32,000 nt of DNA, taken from the NCBI RefSeq assembly GCF_000175255.2, contig NC_017262.1, forward strand, positions 1,410,001 through 1,442,000, in the 5' to 3' direction. The translations under genes were made by a program, and so were the position numbers. The stretch is from Zymomonas mobilis subsp. mobilis ATCC 10988 (lineage in GTDB: Bacteria > Pseudomonadota > Alphaproteobacteria > Sphingomonadales > Sphingomonadaceae). Under the pieces are notes generated by a model that was not told the DNA's origin, did no database searches, and saw only the letters and a list, made by a program, of their open reading frames with translations. The stretch's first letter is position 1. Each line of letters starts with the position of its first letter. Shown here piece by piece: positions 1 to 9,618 of the stretch.

Positions 1-1258
1 ATTATTATCGCTATTATTTGTGGTTTATTAATATTACCAAATCATAGCTACGAATATACAACATTCTCTATTTCCAATAAGGCTGTATTTTATAACCGAG
101 ACAGTGTTATTGTAATAATAAGTAGCATGTTCTCCTTGGTATATCCTTTAATAGGGTTTTTATTAATTTCACCAACAATAAAAAGACCAATACCAGAAAA
201 TCTTTTGTCTTCTTTTCCCGTTAAAAAAAATTACTTTTCTAATGGGGCATTTTATAGCCTCATTCATCCTTATCAGTCTTCATCTAATATTTATTACAGC
301 TATAGGAAGCGTGAACAATCTTCCTTTTAATTTAATTTATCAAATCCCTTCTATAATAATTTCATGTTTTCTTATTTCTTGTCCCGCGCTTATTTTGACC
401 TCTATCTCGGCTTCGATAGTAGAATATATTCCCTTTAATAATGATAAGACCCCATCCTTAATCTTAGTCGCCATCTGGCTTGTCTGGGTCTCTGCTATAG
501 GCTTGAGTCTTAATGGGCAGGGATGGGATATTTCAGGCATAAAATTTCCTATTTTGAACATATTCCATCAGAGTAATGTCAATATCGGCTTTATTCCTAT
601 AAAAAAATCGGCTGATTTTATTTCAAATTTTAATGAAATAAAATTCACAAAAATTTATTTTTTATACCAAATACTGATCTCTTTTATTGGAATAATGATT
701 CTTTTTTTATTTGGAAAGCAAGAACTAGTATTAAAAATTACGACGTCAACTTCTCTTAAAACAGATTTTTCTCAAATAAAACCTAAAGGGTTTATCTCTT
801 TATCCCCTCTCACAGCATGGACTATTCTGCTATCAAGATTAATATTCTTCCTTTTTCAAAGTAAAGTTAAGATTACTCTGGCCGCTCTGTTGCTGATTTT
901 ACAATTGGTCACGCCGCCCCTTCTTTCCGAAAAAGCTTCATTAGTCGCTTGGGGACTCTATATCACGGAATGGTCTGGCCTAGGATATTTGGTCAAAGGC
1001 AAAGCGTTTGCTGTACTGGAATCGACGCTGCCTCTAGGCGGTTGGAAATGGAGTGGTGCTGCCATAGCTGCCATTAGTTTGCAAATGACACTTTTATCTT
1101 TGGGAGAAATGATTTTCTATCCTGCGACTATCCTTCCAAAATTTTTTCAGATTACCGCCGTCGCTTTTTTTGCTGTTTTCCTATTAAGAATAACCAGATC
1201 TAAAATACCCTTTTTAATAATAGCTATTACCCTATGGTATAGCATGGTAACATATTAA
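1..1258 (+). pseudogene. Polytopic membrane protein, possibly an ABC-2-type permease; 5' end outside the window; apparent frame break at the A8 tract 223-230
   Basis: Frame 1 is open from base 1 through 330 and encodes TM-like sequence (DSVIVIISSMFSLVYPLIGFLLIS...LLSSFPVKK). Frame 2 (ORF 242-1258) continues with hydrophobic sequence (ITFLMGHFIASFILISLHLIFITAIG...). Removing one A from the A8 run joins them as FPVKKITFLMGHFIASF. No ribosome-binding site precedes the ATG at 242. Confidence 0.55.
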
Positions 1259-3838
1259 CTAATTATTTGAGGAATAAAGCCTTCGATTTTCTACCCTCCG
1301 CTCACATCCCCGCGTCTCCATGCCTCGCATCCAAGGATGCTGGTCATTGGCCGAGTAACTGGCAATCATCACCGGCCTTCTTAAAAAAGGCGACTTTCCA
1401 TAGAAAACCAACCCGCCTCGTTTTTCTAAAAGACAGCGGTCTATTTTCAATCTCTTGGGACGACATGACGCAGGGAGATAGCCTGAACTGATAACCCAAT
1501 CATTTTGGCTACATTCTTCAGGTGATAACCCTGCCGCTTTGCCTTTTATCGCTAGCAAATTATAATGTTGCTGCGCCAAAGCGATTTCACAAAATCCCTT
1601 TTGACAAAGATTTGTCCCGAAAAGTCGTTTTTCTTCTTCTTGGTCAAAGCCAATCAAATTCGCGATTTGATCCTGACTATAACTATCCTTTTCAGGCCAA
1701 ATAAACTGATAAGGCTGCTTGGGATTGTCGGTTTTAAAAGCTATTGTTTTGCCATCCCGACTGATAACCCAATCTGGCCTTGGGTTGAGGATAATCATCA
1801 GTACACCCAAGACCAAAGGCACAACACCCCATAACCGCCATGATGTTTTCCACAATCCTAACCACAACCAGCTAGCCATCATAAAGAGGCATAACCAAGC
1901 CCCGATCATCGGCAGCATAAAACCCGCCATGGGCAGAGATGCGACGTAATGGGCAATCGCAAGCAACAACCGAATGGATTGATCGGTTACCCACCAAAAA
2001 GGCGCAGAACAACCGATAAGATCAGTCAGCAAGGCCAAGCCTTCTGCTGGAATGGTCACAAAAGTCGTTAAGGGAATAGCCAGAATATTAGCTAATGCTC
2101 CATAAAAACCGGATTGGTGAAAATGATAGAGGGTAATAGGCGACACCACGGCTTCGACCATCACACCGCCAATGATGATTTCTGCGATAATTAAAGCCGT
2201 TTTTTTCAACCATCCGGCTTCACGCCTGTCACCGAAAATAGATATGATCGGGGCTTCTGCCAAGGCAATGACCGTGCCGACCGCGGCAAAGCTTAATTGA
2301 AAACTCGGGGATAAAATATTTTCCGGCTGGATGAGTAAAATAAGCATGGCGGCCGCAGCCACCAATCGCAAGCTGACAGCCCGCCTCCCGATCATCATCC
2401 CGAAAAGAATAAAAAAGGCGGTCAGCATCGATCGAACTGTCGGAATTTCACAGCCCGCGACAAAGGTATAAAGCATCCCTATCAAAGCCGCATTACAAGC
2501 CGCTATCATCCTCAAAGGGAAATGAAGCACAAGATAGGGCGACAACGCCAAAAGTCTGATCGTGATAAACATCACCGCCGCGATTACAACGCCGATATGC
2601 ATCCCACCCACAGACAATAAATGGGTTAATCCGGCTTTTCGCATCGCCACCGTATCACTTTCGCTGATAGATCCGATGTCATTAGTGACGAAGGCCGCTG
2701 CAACACCCCCTGATCTTGCACCTAGTTTTTCGATAATATGGCGGGTCAATCTTTGATGGATCGAGGCCACTATCAAAGAAAATCCTGATAAAACCGGCTT
2801 TTCAAGAATAACAGGCTGATCCAAGACATGACCTGTCGCTGAAATTCTCTGAAACCAGGCGATTTCAGCATAGTCATAACCGGCTGGAATCTGGGCAGGC
2901 ATCGGGGCGGTCAGTTTAACTCTAACCGCTATTTTCGCACCCGCTTCTAGACCTGAAAAATCGAAACGATCATTAACCGATATTCTGACACGCATCAGGG
3001 ATGGGCGGGCAGGGGAGTCTTCTTTCGAAAAGCGAAAGGGCGATCTTTCCGATAAAAACGGGAATGAAAGCGATGCAAAAGGCGAAGACCTAACAAAGGA
3101 AGGCGGGGTAACCTGAGCCATAAATAAAAAAGGCGCGAAAGAAGCCTGATACGGCCTTACTGTTTTGGTGGATGGCCGTGATAAAGATGGAAGGGATGAC
3201 GATAAAGACGAGGCTTGCTGCGACAGGAGCAGGGTGCGGGACAATAAAGATGAAGGTTGTTGTATCTGGGGTGGGTGGCGCGATAATAAAGGCAGAAATC
3301 GTTGTGGCAGGGATGAAATCGGTGGCCATGAAGAGGCCTGTTTTGATGACAGGGGTGATGGTGGCGGTGATAAAGAACCATCCTGAAAAGCCGGAACGGC
3401 TATAACCAAGCGCATCCGTTTTCGAGAAGGCTGGTATTCACTTTGAAGGATTTGTCCACGAATATCAAAAACACCCCAATTTCGGGGCTTTATCGGTGCG
3501 ACATTATAGGCTCTAAAGCTGATATCGACCATACCTAAAAAAGCCGCTACCGCCATAATCAAGACAGCCTTCGCCGCTCTTTTCTTATCCGCCCAAATCC
3601 ACGCAGCCAACGCCAAGGCCAGTAACAAACAACCACATCCCAGCCATCCCGAAATATCAGGAATCGCAAACCATAAAAGAATTCCACCTCCAAAGGCGAT
3701 CGGCAACCATAACGGTAACTGATCTCTCTCCTGCTCCAGTTTCTCTTCCAGCCAAATATCGAAAGAAGAAATCTTTCTTCTAACCTTGTCTGCTTTTACT
3801 CCCATCCACTCGAGAAACCGGAGGCTAAGACGTTTCAT
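1259..3838 (-). CDS. comEC: ComEC/Rec2-family DNA internalization competence protein
   Basis: 859-aa ORF with N-terminal TM segments and OB-like region, the ComEC core (LTHLLSVGGMHIGVVIAAVMF, PSFQLSFAAVGTVIALAEAP) and multiple TMs. Contains an unusual S/P/L-rich insert at about residues 151-280. Confidence 0.9.
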   Translation of the reverse strand: MKRLSLRFLEWMGVKADKVRRKISSFDIWLEEKLEQERDQLPLWLPIAFGGGILLWFAIPDISGWLGCGCLLLALALAAWIWADKKRAAKAVLIMAVAAFLGMVDISFRAYNVAPIKPRNWGVFDIRGQILQSEYQPSRKRMRLVIAVPAFQDGSLSPPPSPLSSKQASSWPPISSLPQRFLPLLSRHPPQIQQPSSLLSRTLLLSQQASSLSSSLPSLSRPSTKTVRPYQASFAPFLFMAQVTPPSFVRSSPFASLSFPFLSERSPFRFSKEDSPARPSLMRVRISVNDRFDFSGLEAGAKIAVRVKLTAPMPAQIPAGYDYAEIAWFQRISATGHVLDQPVILEKPVLSGFSLIVASIHQRLTRHIIEKLGARSGGVAAAFVTNDIGSISESDTVAMRKAGLTHLLSVGGMHIGVVIAAVMFITIRLLALSPYLVLHFPLRMIAACNAALIGMLYTFVAGCEIPTVRSMLTAFFILFGMMIGRRAVSLRLVAAAAMLILLIQPENILSPSFQLSFAAVGTVIALAEAPIISIFGDRREAGWLKKTALIIAEIIIGGVMVEAVVSPITLYHFHQSGFYGALANILAIPLTTFVTIPAEGLALLTDLIGCSAPFWWVTDQSIRLLLAIAHYVASLPMAGFMLPMIGAWLCLFMMASWLWLGLWKTSWRLWGVVPLVLGVLMIILNPRPDWVISRDGKTIAFKTDNPKQPYQFIWPEKDSYSQDQIANLIGFDQEEEKRLFGTNLCQKGFCEIALAQQHYNLLAIKGKAAGLSPEECSQNDWVISSGYLPASCRPKRLKIDRCLLEKRGGLVFYGKSPFLRRPVMIASYSANDQHPWMRGMETRGCERRVENRRLYSSNN

Positions 3839-4012
3839 TCCTTTTCATATCCATGCTAAAGGCGCATAAAAACCAAGACTTAAATCTTGAAGAAAGCTTC
3901 ACGCAGATATTGCCGTTAATACCCTAAATGTTTTACGGACAATCATTATTTAAATTTTCTTATCATAACCGCTATTCAATCAGCCGGTTTATCTATTTCA
4001 GGAGTGTAGCGC

Positions 4013-5458
4013 ATGAGCGCAGGTCCAGCTAAAAATCCGTCCGTTGTTACCCGCTTTGCGCCGTCGCCGACTGGCTTTTTACATATCGGTGGCGCTCGTA
4101 CTGCCTTATTTAACTGGCTTTTTGCCCGCCATAATGGTGGCCAGTTTCAGCTTAGAATAGAAGATACCGATCGCGTCCGTTCTACCAAAGAAGCGATTGA
4201 TGCTATCATTGATGGTATGCGCTGGCTTGGTCTCGATTGGGATGGCGATATCACCTATCAGTTTGAACGCGCCCCTCGTCATGCAGAAGTAGCTGAAGAA
4301 CTTCTCAAGGCTGGAAAAGCCTATAAATGCTTTGCAACGGCCGAAGAATTAGAATCGATGCGTGCCGAACAGCGCGTCAAAAAACAGCCCCAACGGTATG
4401 ACGGTCGCTGGCGTGATCGTGACCCATCCGAAGCGCCGGCCGGTGCCCCCTATGTTGTGCGCTTAAAGGCCGAGCAAGAAGGCGAAACCACGCTTCATGA
4501 CTTGGTGCAAGGTGATGTTACCGTCAAAAATGCAGAATTGGATGATATGATTCTGCTTCGTTCGGACGGAACGCCCACCTATATGCTGGCGGTTGTTGTC
4601 GATGATCATGATATGGGCGTTAACCATGTTATTCGGGGGGATGATCATCTTAATAATACCTTCCGTCAATTAGGTATTATTCGGGCAATGAACTGGGACG
4701 CGCCACAATATGCTCATATCCCGCTTATCCACGGGGCTGATGGTGCAAAACTTTCCAAGCGTCATGGTGCCTTAGGTGTTGAAGCCTATCGTGATGATTT
4801 TGGCTATCTTCCCGAAGCCATCTGTAATTACCTTCTCCGCCTTGGCTGGGGACATGGTGATGACGAAATCATTACCCGTGAACAGGCCATCGAATGGTTT
4901 GATTTGACTTCTGTTGGTCGGTCACCTTCTCGTTTTGACTTCAAAAAACTCGAAAATATCAATGGTCATTATATCCGTGAGGCTGATGATCAGCGGTTAA
5001 CCGATCTGGTAAAGCCGCGCGTTGAAAAAACGCTTGAGCAAGGTCTTTCTTCTACCGAACAAGCTTTACTGTTGCAGGCGATGCCTTTTTTAAAACCGCG
5101 TGCCAAAAATTTGAACGAGTTAGCCGAAAATAGCCTGTTTCTTTTTGAAAAACGCCCTTTAAAGCTGGAAGAAAAAGCGGCCAAGCAGCTTGAAAATACG
5201 AGCGGTAGCTTGCTTGCCATTTTAAGAAAAACGCTTGGTGATCTTCTTGCATGGGATAGCGAAAGCCTTGAAAAAGCGCTTCACGATGTCGCTGAACAGG
5301 CCGATTTAAAAATGGGTAAGGTGGCGCAACCTTTGCGGGCAGCCTTAACTGGACGGACGGTTTCTCCGGGAATTTTTGATGTCATGATTCTTTTAGGGCA
5401 GGATGAAAGTCTAGCCCGTTTGGACGATCAATTATCGTTGTCACCCACACATAGCTAA
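4013..5458 (+). CDS. gltX: Glutamyl-tRNA synthetase
   Basis: 481 aa; [40 protein letters not shown] (HIGH region) and [26 protein letters not shown] (KMSKS-type). RBS-like AGGAG upstream. Confidence 0.97.
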   Translation: MSAGPAKNPSVVTRFAPSPTGFLHIGGARTALFNWLFARHNGGQFQLRIEDTDRVRSTKEAIDAIIDGMRWLGLDWDGDITYQFERAPRHAEVAEELLKAGKAYKCFATAEELESMRAEQRVKKQPQRYDGRWRDRDPSEAPAGAPYVVRLKAEQEGETTLHDLVQGDVTVKNAELDDMILLRSDGTPTYMLAVVVDDHDMGVNHVIRGDDHLNNTFRQLGIIRAMNWDAPQYAHIPLIHGADGAKLSKRHGALGVEAYRDDFGYLPEAICNYLLRLGWGHGDDEIITREQAIEWFDLTSVGRSPSRFDFKKLENINGHYIREADDQRLTDLVKPRVEKTLEQGLSSTEQALLLQAMPFLKPRAKNLNELAENSLFLFEKRPLKLEEKAAKQLENTSGSLLAILRKTLGDLLAWDSESLEKALHDVAEQADLKMGKVAQPLRAALTGRTVSPGIFDVMILLGQDESLARLDDQLSLSPTHS

Positions 5459-5467
5459 TAAAATAAA

Positions 5468-5540
5468 AACACCCTCCCTTTCCTTTTAAAATCAGGATAC
5501 TAGACCTCTTGGAAGGATAGGGGGGAGTGTTATTAAATTT
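5468..5540 (+). terminator. Candidate stem-loop terminator downstream of gltX
   Basis: AACACCCTCCCTTTCCTT (5468-5485) pairs with AAGGATAGGGGGGAGTGTT (5513-5531): about 17 bp with one bulge, one mismatch and one G-U pair, followed by ATTAAATTTT. Confidence 0.5.
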
Positions 5541-5603
5541 TAAGACTATTTCTTATACCCATTCAAAAGGATAATAAGAATAGAGAATAGGATACGTAGT
5601 TAC

Positions 5604-6893
5604 ATGAGCTCTCCTAATGAAGCGATTATTGGCCTAAATAACGAAGAGTATCGTTTCCCCGTGCGACAAAGCACGGCAGGCACATTAGGAATTGATATCC
5701 GTCAGCTTCATAGCCAGAGCGGCGCTCTGACCTATGATCCCGGTTTTCTGTCGACGGCAAGCTGCCAGTCAAAGATTACTTATGTCGATGGCGAAAAAGG
5801 CATTTTGCTTTATCGAGGATATCCTATTGAGCAATTAGCAGAAAAATCGAACTTTCCCGAAGTCGCCTATCTCCTTTTACATGGCGAGCTGCCCAAAGCC
5901 GATGATTTTTCTACTTTTTCAGATGTAATTACCCATCATACGATGGTTAACGAGCAGCTTTCCGCTTTTTATCGGGGCTTCCGGCGAGATGCTCATCCTA
6001 TGGCTGTTCTTTGTGGGGTTGTAGGTGCCTTATCGGCCTTTTATCCAGAGGCAATCCATATTCATGATCCCGCGCAAAGAATGGCATCTTGTCATCGTTT
6101 GCTGGCTAAATTGCCGACTATTGCGGCAATGGCGTATAAATATTCAGTAGGCCAACCCTTCGTCTATCCAGATAATAGCCTAAGCTATGTGGGTAATTTC
6201 CTTCGGATGACTTTCAGTGTTCCTGCGGAACCGTATCATGTCGATCCGTTAATTGAATCAGCTTTGAATAAAATCTTTATTCTACATGCCGATCACGAAC
6301 AAAATGCTTCGACATCGACGGTTCGCTTGGCTGGTTCTTCAGGCGCTAACCCTTATGCTTGTATTGCGGCTGGCATTGCCTGCTTATGGGGGCCATCGCA
6401 TGGCGGCGCCAATGAGGCAACATTGGCTATGCTGAAAGAAATCGGCACGCCTGAAAATATTCCTCATTTCATTGATCGTGCCAAAGACCGCAATGATCCC
6501 TTCCGTCTTATGGGCTTTGGCCATCGCCTCTATAAAAATTATGATCCTCGGGCGCGTGTTCTGGCTAAAACAGCTGCCGCAATTTTGGATAAAACAGGCG
6601 CCAATAATCCAATATTTGATACGGCTCGCGCCTTGGAAGAAATCGCTCGAAAAGATTCCTATTTTATCGAGAGGAAACTTTATCCCAATGTTGATTTCTA
6701 TTCAGGCTTGATCTTGTCAGCTATCGGTTTCCCGACTTCTATGTTTACCGCTTTATTTGCCTTGGCCAGAACCGCGGGGTGGATGGCTCAATGGAATGAA
6801 ATGATTACCGATCCTGAACAAAAAATCGGTCGTCCGAGACAAATCTACACAGGTGTCTCTACTCGGGATTACGTTAATATCGAAAACCGTTGA
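5604..6893 (+). CDS. gltA: Citrate synthase
   Basis: 429 aa; [92 protein letters not shown]. Confidence 0.97.
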   Translation: MSSPNEAIIGLNNEEYRFPVRQSTAGTLGIDIRQLHSQSGALTYDPGFLSTASCQSKITYVDGEKGILLYRGYPIEQLAEKSNFPEVAYLLLHGELPKADDFSTFSDVITHHTMVNEQLSAFYRGFRRDAHPMAVLCGVVGALSAFYPEAIHIHDPAQRMASCHRLLAKLPTIAAMAYKYSVGQPFVYPDNSLSYVGNFLRMTFSVPAEPYHVDPLIESALNKIFILHADHEQNASTSTVRLAGSSGANPYACIAAGIACLWGPSHGGANEATLAMLKEIGTPENIPHFIDRAKDRNDPFRLMGFGHRLYKNYDPRARVLAKTAAAILDKTGANNPIFDTARALEEIARKDSYFIERKLYPNVDFYSGLILSAIGFPTSMFTALFALARTAGWMAQWNEMITDPEQKIGRPRQIYTGVSTRDYVNIENR

Positions 6894-8312
6894 TCACAGA
6901 AGCGGTAGAATAAGGGTAAAACGTGCGCCTTGACCAAGCGCACTATCCACAACAATATCCCCTTGCATAGCATGAGCCAGTTCTCGCGATATAAAAAGGC
7001 CTAAACCGGTGCCATTGCTATCTTGGGGATTCAAGCGTTCAAATTTTTCAAAAATACGCCGTTGATCTTCTGCCGCGATCCCTTTTCCCTGATCTGCGAT
7101 TGTAATATAGGCTTTATCCTCATCCTGTTCCACTCTGATCCAGATACTGGCCTGCTCTGGGGAATATCTTAAAGCGTTGCTGATAAGGTTTAACAAGATT
7201 TGCATAACCCTATGGGCATCGGCATAAGCGACAACGCTTTCTCCCGATTTAGGAATATCAATCTTGATATCCTGATTTTGGATTTTCCAGCTATGGAGCG
7301 CGATCGCCTGTTTCGCAATTTCACTTAAATCAACAGGCTGTGGCTCGACGCGAAAACCGGTATTTTCTAATTCCTGTAAATCCCCCAGATCATCAATCAA
7401 CATCATTAAATGCTGACTAGCCGTTGTAATATCGGCCGCATACCGAACATAGCTACTATGTAAATATCCATCATTCTGTGAATAAATTTTATCCGCATCT
7501 TCGATAATGCGATGAATGGATGGTTTGAAACTATGGTCAATTCGATTGGGTAAATGTAATTTAATTTTGTTTTCTGTGGTTGTCTCTACCAACAGGTCTT
7601 CTTCCAATGCAGAAGAGGCGAGCGTAATATTTCCGGAAAAGCCTTTAAATCTTTCTGATGCGTCAAAGATAGGGCGACCAGACAACCATATAGCAGGGCC
7701 TTTATTGGTGATTTTTGCTGGTTGCGCCGAAAAATCGTGATGATTAGCCAAGGCTTCCATAATAGGGAATCGCCCTTCTTCATCGGTTTCTAATTTAAAA
7801 AGCCGCGCAAAAGGCTTCTTTAAATAGATTTGGGAATCTATCCCGATTTGATCTGCTAATGCCGTAGGAAAACTGGTTAAATTTAATTCGGCATCAACCT
7901 GCCATTTCCAATTTCCAATCTCTGGATCCTCATTTTCCGGCAAAACTGAAGATTCAATTTTCTCGCCCGCTTCCTGAAGAGAAGACGGATCTTGGCTGAT
8001 ATCTTGCTCTTTTTCAGATAGCGCTTCTTCTTGACGATAATGTTCTACTTCGATCAGAACTGACCCATCCTCTTTAGGGTAAGCATCAACCCATAGATCA
8101 AAATTTATATCGTTATTTTTCAGTAGGACACGCCGAGAGATTTTTGTTTGCAGCCGCCTTGCCAGATGGATTATTTTGTTAAGAGCGCCACTCTTATCTA
8201 TTTGCAGTTCTTCAATAAGCTTGTCAGCTCTGACCAGCTTATCTTCACTATCAACAATAGCAGTCCCTTTTTCTTTATCCGAAATCTGGTTCGAGGCTAT
8301 CTCTACTGTCAT
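6894..8312 (-). CDS. Sensor histidine kinase-like protein with HATPase_c domain and divergent H-box
   Basis: C-terminal NLISNALRYSPEQ, ITIADQGKGIAAEDQRRIFEKFERL, GTGLGLFISRELAHAMQG (N, G1, F, G2 boxes). The track ORF starts at a TTG (8321); the ATG at 8312 is more likely because it overlaps the upstream TGA (TGATG). Confidence 0.85.
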   Translation of the reverse strand: MTVEIASNQISDKEKGTAIVDSEDKLVRADKLIEELQIDKSGALNKIIHLARRLQTKISRRVLLKNNDINFDLWVDAYPKEDGSVLIEVEHYRQEEALSEKEQDISQDPSSLQEAGEKIESSVLPENEDPEIGNWKWQVDAELNLTSFPTALADQIGIDSQIYLKKPFARLFKLETDEEGRFPIMEALANHHDFSAQPAKITNKGPAIWLSGRPIFDASERFKGFSGNITLASSALEEDLLVETTTENKIKLHLPNRIDHSFKPSIHRIIEDADKIYSQNDGYLHSSYVRYAADITTASQHLMMLIDDLGDLQELENTGFRVEPQPVDLSEIAKQAIALHSWKIQNQDIKIDIPKSGESVVAYADAHRVMQILLNLISNALRYSPEQASIWIRVEQDEDKAYITIADQGKGIAAEDQRRIFEKFERLNPQDSNGTGLGLFISRELAHAMQGDIVVDSALGQGARFTLILPLL

Positions 8313-9475
8313 CAAAGGCAATCCTGCTGGAAAAAATCAGGGCTAGCGATATATGCTTTTTTCTCTCTAGCTGTTTTATATCGGTTTTCTATTTCACAAA
8401 TTGATTCACGGTAACATTCATCTAATCTCCACAAGGCTAAGGCTTTATCTGCATCAGATTGGCTTAGAGCCTCAAAGGCTTTTACTTTTTCAGCTATTTG
8501 ATGGTTATCAAGACTATGTCCGGTCAATTGAAAAGCAAGGCTGGCTGCTATCTGTCGGGGCATCCCGATCGCTTTTAACAAAAGCAAAAGAGGACTCTCA
8601 TCCTCATTCAAGACGATATCCCAAATATAATGATGATTGACTCCTGACCGAATGGCCAAGGCCGCTACCATCAAGGCTGTATGTCCATCCATTGCGGATT
8701 GCAGAATAAATTCATCCGAGAGTTTTCTATATTTATGTAAATGACGCGCCAATTTTAAGGCTCTGGCTTCTAATGTGCTGCCTTCATCATATTGTGTTAG
8801 GGCTTGTCTCACTGCCTTTGATAGAGCCTGATCTACCTGTTCTTCTGATAACTGGGCTTCCAATAAACAGCTTCTTAAACAGGCTGCTACCCACCATAAC
8901 AGTTTATATTGTAGTTCAGCGGATAGATCTGTTCTTGATAAAATAGGGTTATTTAAATGGCTTATTTGGCGACTTTCTGCAATCAGCAGAACCATCGCTG
9001 ATAAAGCAATATCAGCATCCATCTGGCCAATTAAACTGTCTATAATATCCGAATTTTTGGGCGATTTATGGTATTGTTTCTTATGGCAATTTTTCTGCAG
9101 AAAAGACGTTCGCATACGGCGAATAAGCATGGCAACAAAAGTCTGATCTCGCAGTAAAATACTGTCAGAAAGCCATTCTAAAGTTAAATGCTTGGTTGGA
9201 TCATTCAAAAGCATAATAACAGAAAGAGGGGCGTCATCCTCTAAAAGATCAACCAAATACAGTCGAATCTCATTTTCTGCGGCAATCGTGATATGCTCAA
9301 ATATTTTTATAATATGATAGCGTTCAATTTCATTTAATCGAAGCGAAGTCGGAATGAGCAAATCTTCATAAATTTGCTTTTTTCTTTTTCTCTCATGAAT
9401 TAACGCATCTCGGGCGTATTCTATCAGGGATGGTTGTGTTTCTTTTTTATGTTTTTCTGCTACCATAAATGCCAA
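8312..9475 (-). CDS. DUF2336-like alpha-solenoid protein
   Basis: Helical-repeat protein with the general pattern of alphaproteobacterial DUF2336 proteins (helix-rich, IALSAMVLLIAES, LSDEFILQSAMDGHTALMVAALAIRSGV). Translationally coupled to the kinase. TTG start at 9475; an ATG at 9466 is an alternative. Confidence 0.6.
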   Translation of the reverse strand: MAFMVAEKHKKETQPSLIEYARDALIHERKRKKQIYEDLLIPTSLRLNEIERYHIIKIFEHITIAAENEIRLYLVDLLEDDAPLSVIMLLNDPTKHLTLEWLSDSILLRDQTFVAMLIRRMRTSFLQKNCHKKQYHKSPKNSDIIDSLIGQMDADIALSAMVLLIAESRQISHLNNPILSRTDLSAELQYKLLWWVAACLRSCLLEAQLSEEQVDQALSKAVRQALTQYDEGSTLEARALKLARHLHKYRKLSDEFILQSAMDGHTALMVAALAIRSGVNHHYIWDIVLNEDESPLLLLLKAIGMPRQIAASLAFQLTGHSLDNHQIAEKVKAFEALSQSDADKALALWRLDECYRESICEIENRYKTAREKKAYIASPDFFQQDCL

Positions 9476-9618
9476 CCATAACGGATGGCCGTTAACGACA
9501 GATAATCATTGCCAGCCAAAAAAAGATATTTTCTTTTCAGAAAAAGTAATTCTTATTTTTAATCTAACAGTGAAAACCTAAAATTAGGTTAAGATAATTT
9601 TAGGGCTAGCCTGCTCAA

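Noticed and set aside
3090-3405. Overlapping ORFs within comEC (3090-3329 -, 3157-3381 -, 3165-3386 +, 3172-3405 +)
   Set aside because: All result from low-complexity, stop-poor DNA in the comEC insert. Compositionally odd proteins (H/Y-rich, D/G/R-rich) with no start context. The DNA feature is reported instead.
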